From Chitinophagales bacterium (lineage in GTDB: Bacteria > Bacteroidota > Bacteroidia > Chitinophagales > LD1), in assembly GCA_046329575.1 (NCBI GenBank), contig JAXLUJ010000009.1, forward strand, positions 43,291-107,290: a DNA stretch of 64,000 bases, written 5' to 3'. The notes below the pieces were generated by a model. The model did no database searches. It saw only the letters and a program-made list of their open reading frames with translations, and was not told the DNA's origin. How positions within the stretch are numbered: position 1 is the first letter of the stretch; the number at the start of each line of letters is the position of its first letter. The translations under genes and the position numbers were made by a program. Positions 56,806 to 64,000 of the stretch are shown here, piece by piece.

Positions 56806-58851
56806 CTACTTTTTGGGATCTACCGTAATGTTCTCCGGCTCAACCGATTCAATTTTTTGCTTCGAACCTGTAATGCGGAAGGTAGTTCGGCGATTCTTCT
56901 GGAATTCTTCTTCGGTACAATTGGCTCCATTCGTACAATTATTCACCGGTTTGGTTTCTCCATAGCCTACAGCTACCAAACGTTCTTTCGCCACGCCTTT
57001 ACCAATTAAATAATCTACAACCGACTGCGCACGGGCCTGCGATAATTTTTGGTTGTAAGCATCGCTGCCGCGCGAATCGGTGTGCGATCCAATCTCAATG
57101 CTCAAATCCTTGTTTTCATTGAAGAAAACAAGAATGGAATCCAATACATTTTTGGATTCAGGGCGCAAAGCAGCTTTGTCGTAATCATAATAAATGTTCG
57201 GAATTACGATTTCCTTTTGAGTAAATATCTTTTCCAGTTCCAGATCTTTGTAAATGGTGATGACAGTTGAATCTTGATTTCGTTTTCCTTTTGACGAAAC
57301 AACATCACTTTTCGAAAAGAATCCATAGGCATTTGCCGTAAGTTTGTAATCCGTTTCTTTTTGAAGCGGAAAAGTAAAATTGCCGCCACCATCGGTCAAC
57401 ACACTGGCCAGTACAGCGTCCGATTCGGGATTTTTCAGATCTACCCGCGCCGCTTTTACAGGCTGCATGCCCAATATCTTGCTATCGGGATTTTCCGGAT
57501 TTTCGAATTGTTTGGTTAAAATTTTTCCTTTCAAAACGAAAGTATTGCGCCATTTTTCTTCAAAGTGATAAATATCGTCGCCGCCCCGGCCGCCTTGACG
57601 TGATGACGAAAAATACCCGCTCATAAGTATGGAATCCTCCTCATTAGAAGGCTTATACTTTTCAATGATAAATGCAAAATCATCAGCCCCCGAATTGATT
57701 GGATAACGCAAATTCTGCGGGTCTTTCCATAGCGTTTTACTTCTTGTTGCCTTGAAAATATCCAAACCACCCATTCCCGGTAATCCGTTCGAAGCAAAGT
57801 ATAAGTTGCCTCTATCATCGAGCCACGGAAAATATTCGTCGCCGCTGGTGTTTACATACTGTCCGGCATTGGCGGGTGCCGACCATCCACTGTCGGTTTT
57901 TGAGAAATAATACAAATCGTGCCCTCCGAATCCGGCTTTCATATCTGATGAAACAAAAAGTGTTTTCCCGTCGCGCGATAGCGCCGGTTGCCCAACATTT
58001 ACCGTGTCAGGGAAAAGATTTAACGGTTCAGCTTCGGCCCAACTGCCATTAGCATAACGGCTGAAATAAATTTTGCAGAATTCGTTTTTCTTGTCTTTTA
58101 TTTTTTTGTTCGATTCATCTACGCCCTTACAACGGGTGAAGTAAATTTCGTTGCCATCTTTGCTAAACGTACAGGAGCCCTCGTATTCGGCCGTGTTTAA
58201 CACCGGTGAGAAGTTCTGTGGGGTGCTCCACTTTCCGTTTTTCTTTTCAGAGGAATATAAGTCAGCCTGTTTTTCTCCGGTCCATTCATTGATGAAATTG
58301 CCGGTAGCATTATCATTGGAAGAAGTGAAAATGAGATTACCTTTCAAAAGTACAGGGGCATAATCGCTTTTGGGAGTATTGATTTCTGCCACGCCATGCA
58401 CTTCTGTTTTGGTGAATGCCTGCTTCCATTCAATAGCGTTTTGTGCATTCTTGATTTCCCGCTGTGCTACATTTTTACTGGCAGCATCAATAGCGCCAAA
58501 TTTAGTAAAGGTCTTAATGGCTTCTTCCGGCTGATCGAGCATCAACTGCATTTTTCCCAGGTTGAAATACGACTGCTCATCGCCTTCCTGAACTGCCTTA
58601 GCATACCACTCGGCTGCATTTTTAATGTTATTGAAACGGCGGTATGAATCAGCTATTTTGTTTGCCAGTTCCCGCTTTTTGGTCGGATCTTTTTCCGCAT
58701 TAAATTCTTTCTGGAGAGTCTCGGCTGCTATGGCGTACTCTTTCAGATCAAAAGAGGTAGATCCGGATCTTGTTTTTTGTGTAGTGGCACACCCTTGAAT
58801 CAGAATCAACAGCAGCAAGGCAAATGAAATATGGCGATTCAACATTACCAT
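56806..58851 (-). CDS. OmpA-family protein with N-terminal TPR and TolB-like (PD40) beta-propeller repeats
   Basis: 681-aa ORF with the lipobox-like LIQGC. PD40-like repeats are present (DYAPVLL, EGSCTFSKDGNEIYF, GQPALSRDGKTLFV, DEYFPWLDDRGNLYF). The C-terminal OmpA domain has IGSHTDSRGSDAYNQKLSQARAQSV. Confidence 0.85.
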   Translation of the reverse strand: MVMLNRHISFALLLLILIQGCATTQKTRSGSTSFDLKEYAIAAETLQKEFNAEKDPTKKRELANKIADSYRRFNNIKNAAEWYAKAVQEGDEQSYFNLGKMQLMLDQPEEAIKTFTKFGAIDAASKNVAQREIKNAQNAIEWKQAFTKTEVHGVAEINTPKSDYAPVLLKGNLIFTSSNDNATGNFINEWTGEKQADLYSSEKKNGKWSTPQNFSPVLNTAEYEGSCTFSKDGNEIYFTRCKGVDESNKKIKDKKNEFCKIYFSRYANGSWAEAEPLNLFPDTVNVGQPALSRDGKTLFVSSDMKAGFGGHDLYYFSKTDSGWSAPANAGQYVNTSGDEYFPWLDDRGNLYFASNGLPGMGGLDIFKATRSKTLWKDPQNLRYPINSGADDFAFIIEKYKPSNEEDSILMSGYFSSSRQGGRGGDDIYHFEEKWRNTFVLKGKILTKQFENPENPDSKILGMQPVKAARVDLKNPESDAVLASVLTDGGGNFTFPLQKETDYKLTANAYGFFSKSDVVSSKGKRNQDSTVITIYKDLELEKIFTQKEIVIPNIYYDYDKAALRPESKNVLDSILVFFNENKDLSIEIGSHTDSRGSDAYNQKLSQARAQSVVDYLIGKGVAKERLVAVGYGETKPVNNCTNGANCTEEEFQKNRRTTFRITGSKQKIESVEPENITVDPKK

Positions 58852-59189
58852 CCGAATTTTTTAATGAGCAGGTAAGTGGCAGTTACCAGCAATATTGAAG
58901 TTAAGTTTCCTACCAGAAAGTAATCATTGGATACCCGGCTTTTTTTGTCGTCGTCCAATCGGGTTCCTAATTTCACCGCACCAAAAAAGGTAACCACGCC
59001 GGGCAATTCATTAATGAATCCGATATATAGTACAAAGCGTTCCAATACACCCTTTAACACCGAATACAACCATTTGTTCTGTGTTACTTCCGATTGAGCG
59101 GAATAGTATTTCCTGATGCCGTAGAACAATGGCAAGGCGATCAGTTCCTGAGCAGCAAACAAAGCTGCGTATGTAGCAATCGAACTCAT
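58845..59189 (-). CDS. Small 3-TM membrane protein coupled to the SatD-like gene
   Basis: 114-aa ORF with three hydrophobic segments (about residues 3-24, 50-72 and 90-110). Its start overlaps the upstream stop by 4 nt, and its stop overlaps the next gene's start by 7 nt. Confidence 0.6.
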   Translation of the reverse strand: MSSIATYAALFAAQELIALPLFYGIRKYYSAQSEVTQNKWLYSVLKGVLERFVLYIGFINELPGVVTFFGAVKLGTRLDDDKKSRVSNDYFLVGNLTSILLVTATYLLIKKFGW

Positions 59190-59815
59190 TTTAATTGATT
59201 CAGGTTGGTGATGATGTTTTTGATGGCCTTGAATTCGCGGATGTGAAGCGTTTGCTCACGCCGCCACATCAGTGAACTGTCGCGCCCGCATTTTGCTGCC
59301 GCTTCACGATAGTTGGAAGTGCTCAGAAATGCAGCGATCACTTCGCGGTCTTTGGTTTTCCATTCATCAATCACCGATTGAAAAATAAGAAAACTATTCG
59401 CAAGGAGTTCTTCCAATTTCCTATCAGGAAGGTGGAAGTAAAACCGGGTCCGTTTTTCTTTTTTCAAAAGCTGCAATTGCTCCCGAGCCTTGGCCAGCCC
59501 GTCGCCCAGCATTCCATAAGCAATCTGATGATTAATGGCGGTATCAATCTTTCCGTAATACAACACATACCGCAGTTGGAATGGGAATTTACTGAGCGCT
59601 ACGCTTTGCTCCAGCGTAGTGATCACCTGCAGGGCCTCGTTCAACCCATTTAACACGCCCTGAAATTCATCGCCTAGCGTAATGGTAAGGGGCGATGCCA
59701 ACTCTTTTCGGAATTGAAGGTTAATTTGTTCTACCTGAAATCGAAATTCTTTCTGCAATTTCATTCCAGACAGCGCTCTGCTCTTCACAATATCGGCCAT
59801 CAGGATATAATTCAT
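59186..59815 (-). CDS. SatD-like protein: class III nucleotidyl-cyclase-like core plus C-terminal HTH-like tail
   Basis: I chose the ATG at 59815 (MNYILMADIVKSRAL...). ILMADIVKSRAL, ITLGDEFQGVL and QLRYVLYYGKIDT...GMLGDGLAKAREQL follow the order and spacing of cyclase-homology-domain motifs (FADIVGFT, IGDAxMA, RIGIHTG...GDxVNxAAR). The tail has NYREAAAKCGRDSSLMWRRE. Confidence 0.55.
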   Translation of the reverse strand: MNYILMADIVKSRALSGMKLQKEFRFQVEQINLQFRKELASPLTITLGDEFQGVLNGLNEALQVITTLEQSVALSKFPFQLRYVLYYGKIDTAINHQIAYGMLGDGLAKAREQLQLLKKEKRTRFYFHLPDRKLEELLANSFLIFQSVIDEWKTKDREVIAAFLSTSNYREAAAKCGRDSSLMWRREQTLHIREFKAIKNIITNLNQLK

Positions 59816-59869
59816 ATTGCATGTTTTATGCAATAATAAAAAATATTGCACGAAAATTGCAATTATTGG

Positions 59870-60454
59870 TTAATTCGTCCGGCGCATATAAACGGTAGCT
59901 ATAGAAACATGGAACTCCATATCATGGATGTGCCCGTTTTCATAATGATATACATTGCGGTTGCCATCAGAGCTTTTAAATTCCATGGTGTTGGCATCAG
60001 GATATTTCAATTCGTTGAAATCGGCTTCGGCTTCGTAAAAAATTTTTCGGTGTAATTTTCTGGGCTCGAAATAGAGCGTTACAATAGAAAAGTCGGGCGC
60101 TTCCGTAAAACTCCTTTTTCCTTTGTACGAATCTACCTGATATTGTTGCCCGTCGAAATGCACTTTAGTCCATCGTTCCAGCCTGCCATTCTGTTTTTCG
60201 ATATGAGAAGATGAAATCAGTTTGCCGTTCTGATACTTCACATCATAGCGGCTTTCATTTTCCCGGTTAATCCACAAAATTTTTGCCGCCGAATGGGTTT
60301 CTAAAGTGTAATGTTCCACATTTTCCGGCTCCAGGGTTTTTGTTACGGTTAGGTCGCCAACTTTATCACCAAAAAGGATGACATCAAAATGAATTCGCTG
60401 AGCACTTAAACCCAGGGTGAGCGCAAAACACAATACCAAACAGAAATACTTCAC
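59870..60454 (-). CDS. Secreted hypothetical protein
   Basis: 194-aa ORF with signal peptide MKYFCLVLCFALTLGLSAQ. It lies immediately downstream of thrS, with the stop and start adjacent. Confidence 0.6.
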   Translation of the reverse strand: MKYFCLVLCFALTLGLSAQRIHFDVILFGDKVGDLTVTKTLEPENVEHYTLETHSAAKILWINRENESRYDVKYQNGKLISSSHIEKQNGRLERWTKVHFDGQQYQVDSYKGKRSFTEAPDFSIVTLYFEPRKLHRKIFYEAEADFNELKYPDANTMEFKSSDGNRNVYHYENGHIHDMEFHVSIATVYMRRTN

Positions 60455-62383
60455 TTAAATCACATTCATTTCCTGAATCAAATTCTGAATGAAGTTGGCC
60501 ACAGGAACACTACCCTGATCGCCCTGACCCTGCCGGCGCACGGAAACGGCATTTTCTGCCATTTCTTTCTCGCCAACAATCAACATGTAGGGCGTGCGTT
60601 TCAATTCTGTATCGCGAATTTTCTTTCCAATTTTTTCAGCGCGTTCGTCCACGGCGGCTACTACGTTGTTTTCCATCAACTGCCTTTTGATATCCAGAGC
60701 ATAGTCGAGGTATTTATCACTGATGGGCAAAATGGCCACCGGTTCCGGGCTTAACCATAGCGGAAACTTGCCGGCGCAGTGTTCAATGAGCACCGCCACA
60801 AAGCGTTCCATCGATCCGAAAGGTGCGCGGTGAATCATTACCGGACGGTGTTTGGCATTATCACTACCGGTATATTCCAAATCGAATCGCTCCGGAAGGT
60901 TGTAATCAACCTGAATAGTGCCCAATTGCCATTTCCGGCCGATGGCATCTTTTACCATGAAATCGAGCTTGGGTCCGTAAAAGGCCGCTTCTCCTAATTC
61001 AGTTACTGTTTTCAACCCTTTTTCATTGGCCGATTCAATAATGGCGCGTTCCGCCTTTTCCCAGTTTTCATCAGAGCCAATATACTTAGTGCGGTTTTCG
61101 GGATCGCGTAGCGAAATTTGGGCGGTATAGTCCTGAAAGTCGAGCGTTTTAAATACCATCAACACCAAATCAATCACTTTCAAAAATTCTTCCTTCAGTT
61201 GGTCGGGACGGCAGAATAAATGCGCATCATCTTGCGTAAAGCCCCGAACGCGAGTGAGGCCATGCAATTCGCCATGTTGTTCATAGCGGTAAACCGTTCC
61301 AAACTCGGCTAAACGAACCGGCAAATCTTTATAGGACCTTGGTTTGCTTTTATAAATTTCACAATGGTGCGGACAGTTCATCGGCTTAAGGAAGAACTCT
61401 TCACCTTCCTGCGGCGTGTGAATGGGTTGAAATGAATCGGCTCCGTACTTTTCATAGTGGCCGGAAGTGATGTAAAGGTTTTTATTACCGATGTGCGGCG
61501 TTACTACAGGAAGATATCCTGCTTTGATCTGCGCCTTTTTTAAGAATTGTTCCAGTTTGTCGCGAAGGGCTGCGCCTGCAGGAAGCCATAAAGGAAGCCC
61601 CATTCCCACTTTTTCTGAGAAGGTGAACAGTTCCAGTTCTTTACCAATCTTTCGGTGATCGCGCTTTTTAGCTTCTTCTAAAAGTGCCAGATGTTCATCC
61701 AGCATTGCTTGCTTTGGAAAGGTGATACCATAGATACGCGTAAGTTGCTGGCGTTTTTCATCGCCACGCCAGTAAGCACCTGCGAGGCTCAGCAATTTTA
61801 CCGCCTTAATGGCGCCAGTGCTCGGGATATGCGGTCCCCGACACAAATCCGTAAAATTTCCCTGTTGATAGAACGTTATTTCGCCATCTTTCAAGTCTTG
61901 TAAAAGTTCAATTTTATAGGGGTCGTTCTTTTCGGTGAAATAACGGATGGCTTCGTCCTTACCAATGGAAGTGCGTATATATTTGTTGTCTTTCCCCGCT
62001 AATTCCAACATCTTTTTCTCAACGGCGGCCAAATCTTCTTCAGAAATTTTCTGGCCACCTAAGTCCACATCGTAATAATATCCGCCGTCAATAGCCGGGC
62101 CGATTCCGAACTTCACGCCCGGATAAATAGCTTCGAGTGCTTCGGCCATCAAATGCGCGCTGGAATGCCAGAATGTTTTCTTTCCGTTTTCGTCATCGAA
62201 CTTCAGCAGTTTCAGGCTGCTGTCAGATGAAATAGGGCGATGGAGATCCCAAACCTCTCCATTCACTTCGGCGGCAATCACACTTTTAGCAAGGCCCGCA
62301 GAAATACTGGCTGCAACGTCATAGGCCGAACTTCCCTCTTTATACTCGCGTACGGCCCCATCGGGCAACGTAATTTTAATCAT
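60455..62383 (-). CDS. thrS: Threonine--tRNA ligase
   Basis: 642-aa ORF with a TGS domain ([14 protein letters not shown]), the editing-domain motif [10 protein letters not shown], class II motifs ([37 protein letters not shown]) and an anticodon-binding domain. Confidence 0.97.
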   Translation of the reverse strand: MIKITLPDGAVREYKEGSSAYDVAASISAGLAKSVIAAEVNGEVWDLHRPISSDSSLKLLKFDDENGKKTFWHSSAHLMAEALEAIYPGVKFGIGPAIDGGYYYDVDLGGQKISEEDLAAVEKKMLELAGKDNKYIRTSIGKDEAIRYFTEKNDPYKIELLQDLKDGEITFYQQGNFTDLCRGPHIPSTGAIKAVKLLSLAGAYWRGDEKRQQLTRIYGITFPKQAMLDEHLALLEEAKKRDHRKIGKELELFTFSEKVGMGLPLWLPAGAALRDKLEQFLKKAQIKAGYLPVVTPHIGNKNLYITSGHYEKYGADSFQPIHTPQEGEEFFLKPMNCPHHCEIYKSKPRSYKDLPVRLAEFGTVYRYEQHGELHGLTRVRGFTQDDAHLFCRPDQLKEEFLKVIDLVLMVFKTLDFQDYTAQISLRDPENRTKYIGSDENWEKAERAIIESANEKGLKTVTELGEAAFYGPKLDFMVKDAIGRKWQLGTIQVDYNLPERFDLEYTGSDNAKHRPVMIHRAPFGSMERFVAVLIEHCAGKFPLWLSPEPVAILPISDKYLDYALDIKRQLMENNVVAAVDERAEKIGKKIRDTELKRTPYMLIVGEKEMAENAVSVRRQGQGDQGSVPVANFIQNLIQEMNVI

Positions 62384-62480
62384 AGGAATTGTCTATTTTT
62401 TCAGAAGCACGAATCTAATAAGATTGAAAACTTTTCACCGCTTTTGCGTAAAAATGGCGAATCGAAAGTTATTTCGCAGT

Positions 62481-63251
62481 ATGAATCGGATATTCATTTT
62501 TGTTTGGATCGTTATGAGCGCTGTTGCACTGCGCGCGCAGGAAGTGGTGAAACCGTCTTCCATCATCTACAAAAGCAAACAGATCATGGCCAATGGCGAG
62601 ATCGTGCGATTTAAAGAAGATGATTCGCTGATTGTGGTATTCCGCGATGGTCAAATCTTTTCCAATATGTCGGAAAAATTTTCACTTACGCATTTAACCG
62701 ACACCAAATCCAGAATTCGGTATTCCAATTTGGACGATAAAAAACTGTTTAAGATCGAACGCATTAATCCCGATACCACTTTTTACGATTTTACCTATGT
62801 GAAATTAAAGGATACCCTGATTTGGAAAAATTATGTAGGCTATCGTCATAAGTTCACCATGCGCGACAAGTTCAACGGTACCACCTTTACCGTGGTATTG
62901 TATGAATGTCCGGAAATTCAAATCGATCCGGCCTATCAGAAATTCTATTTCAGTGAATTGTTCTTTATGAAAGTGCCCATCAAACTTACCGGCGGGGTTA
63001 TTAAGGCTTTGGCGGAAATGCGGGTGAAAGATAAACCGGTATCACGCGGGGAATTGCTTTTGCTGCGCTTTGACGATTTACGGTGGCCGGTGCCGGTTGA
63101 TTTTAAGACGCCGATTGAAAAGAACTATACCCTGGTGGAACCGGATACCGGAAAGAAAGACCGGGAACGTGCCAAGAGGTTGGTAGAGGAAATAAGTGGC
63201 CGCAAAGATTATCCTTCTACATCGTTCAAGGAGGGGTTTGAACACGAATAA
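62481..63251 (+). CDS. Secreted hypothetical protein
   Basis: The ORF-track start is 62424. ATG 62454 or ATG 62481 (MNRIFIFVWIVMSAVALRAQE, signal-like) are more plausible. No family recognised. Confidence 0.55.
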   Translation: MNRIFIFVWIVMSAVALRAQEVVKPSSIIYKSKQIMANGEIVRFKEDDSLIVVFRDGQIFSNMSEKFSLTHLTDTKSRIRYSNLDDKKLFKIERINPDTTFYDFTYVKLKDTLIWKNYVGYRHKFTMRDKFNGTTFTVVLYECPEIQIDPAYQKFYFSELFFMKVPIKLTGGVIKALAEMRVKDKPVSRGELLLLRFDDLRWPVPVDFKTPIEKNYTLVEPDTGKKDRERAKRLVEEISGRKDYPSTSFKEGFEHE

Positions 63252-63287
63252 TCGGTTATTGCCGCATTTGGAATTTTAGCGGCATAC

Positions 63288-63295
63288 TATTTTTG
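63288..63295 (+). promoter_or_regulatory. Candidate -7 promoter box TATTTTTG upstream of infC
   Basis: Matches TAnnTTTG, 72 nt before the infC start. It is preceded by the hairpin tgccgc(13 nt)gcggca at 63260..63284. Confidence 0.3.
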
Positions 63296-63366
63296 CAGTA
63301 ATTTGAATTTCAAAAGTTCTTCGGGAAATATTTTATTTGCATCCGTTTAAACAAAAGAATTAGCAT

Positions 63367-63927
63367 TTGATACCAAACAAACGACCGGCGTTTCGCGGAC
63401 GGCCAATTAAGAAAGAATTAGAGCATCGCATCAACGATATGATCCGCGTGCCGGAAGTGAGAGTAGTAGGTGAGGGCATTGAGCCTGGCATTTATCCTAC
63501 TAAAGTTGCTTTCGATAAAGCCTTTTCTATGGGGCTCGATCTGGTGGAAATTTCTCCGAATGCCACACCTCCGGTGTGTCGCATTATCGACTACAATAAA
63601 TTCCTCTACGAAAAAAAGAAGAAGGAAAAGGAGATTAAGGCAAATGCCAAGAAAACCGAAACCAAGGAAATTCGGTTTACATCGAATACTGATGAACATG
63701 ATGTGGATTTCAAATCGAAACATGCTGAGGAGTTCCTTCGCGAGGGAAATAAAGTTAAGGCAGTGTTGATGTTCAGGGGGCGTTCCATTGTTTTTAAAGA
63801 GCGGGGCGAATTGCTGTTACTTCAGTTTGCAAAAAAACTGGAAGACGTTGGCGCAGTGGAACAATTGCCAACTTTGGAGGGAAAGCGCATGATGATGACG
63901 CTTGCTCCTAAAAAGAAGAAATCCTGA
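63367..63927 (+). CDS. infC: Translation initiation factor IF-3
   Basis: 186-aa ORF with [47 protein letters not shown] and [17 protein letters not shown]. There is no in-frame ATG upstream of the conserved N-terminus. Candidate starts are TTG 63367 or ATA 63370. Confidence 0.9.
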   Translation: MIPNKRPAFRGRPIKKELEHRINDMIRVPEVRVVGEGIEPGIYPTKVAFDKAFSMGLDLVEISPNATPPVCRIIDYNKFLYEKKKKEKEIKANAKKTETKEIRFTSNTDEHDVDFKSKHAEEFLREGNKVKAVLMFRGRSIVFKERGELLLLQFAKKLEDVGAVEQLPTLEGKRMMMTLAPKKKKS

Positions 63928-64000
63928 TTACCAACTGATCTTTTCCTTGGCCAGAAAAGCTGCAATTCCCTTGCGGCAGTCTTTTTCAGCCCGGCATTGG
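63928..64000 (-). CDS. 3' end of a convergent gene, enoyl-CoA hydratase/crotonase-like C-terminus (partial)
   Basis: The reverse complement reads ...QCRAEKDCRKGIAAFLAKEKISW*. The pattern D-x-+-x-G-I-x-A-F-L-x-K-x-K resembles crotonase C-termini. Only 24 codons are visible. Confidence 0.4.
   Translation of the reverse strand, partial: QCRAEKDCRKGIAAFLAKEKISW

Noticed and set aside
59186-59815. GDEF motif taken as evidence for a bona fide GGDEF diguanylate cyclase
   Set aside because: The motif is LGDEF, not GG(D/E)EF. The protein lacks the surrounding GGDEF-domain elements I would expect (RxxD I-site context, the N-terminal DxLT-type motif), and the core is too short. Only a generic cyclase/palm-like fold is proposed.

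Overview
The window looks like a chromosomal segment of a Bacteroidota genome. Supporting evidence: four proteins end in T9SS-type C-terminal sorting domains, there is a TonB-dependent receptor/DUF4249 pair, and TAnnTTTG-like -7 boxes occur. I call about 50 protein genes. Most are core functions: sucA, lepA, folD, tsaC/sua5, ltaE, rluF-like, cinA, rpsU, thrS, infC, plus envelope and transport genes. There are also two tandem tRNA-Ser genes. I saw no rRNA and no CRISPR array. Two accessory patches stand out. (1) 3.8-5.4 kb holds a heptamer microsatellite, a ~156-bp GC-rich intergenic repeat, and an AT-rich three-gene module. I read that module as HigB/gp49-like toxin, XRE antitoxin with a C-terminal tail, and a SecB-like chaperone, i.e. 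a TAC-type tripartite toxin-antitoxin-chaperone candidate. (2) 13.0-27.0 kb holds a second copy of the intergenic repeat, split by a degenerate IS3-family element that is itself split by a second IS3-family element. Next comes a two-gene T9SS cargo operon (522 aa and 2714 aa). An intact inverted copy of the second IS sits 2 nt upstream of the giant gene's ATG, and its target duplication overlaps the start codon. A further candidate system at 58.8-59.8 kb is a class-III-cyclase-like (SatD-like) protein translationally coupled to a small 3-TM protein. All family assignments come from reading motifs by eye. No database search was run, and start codons are provisional.
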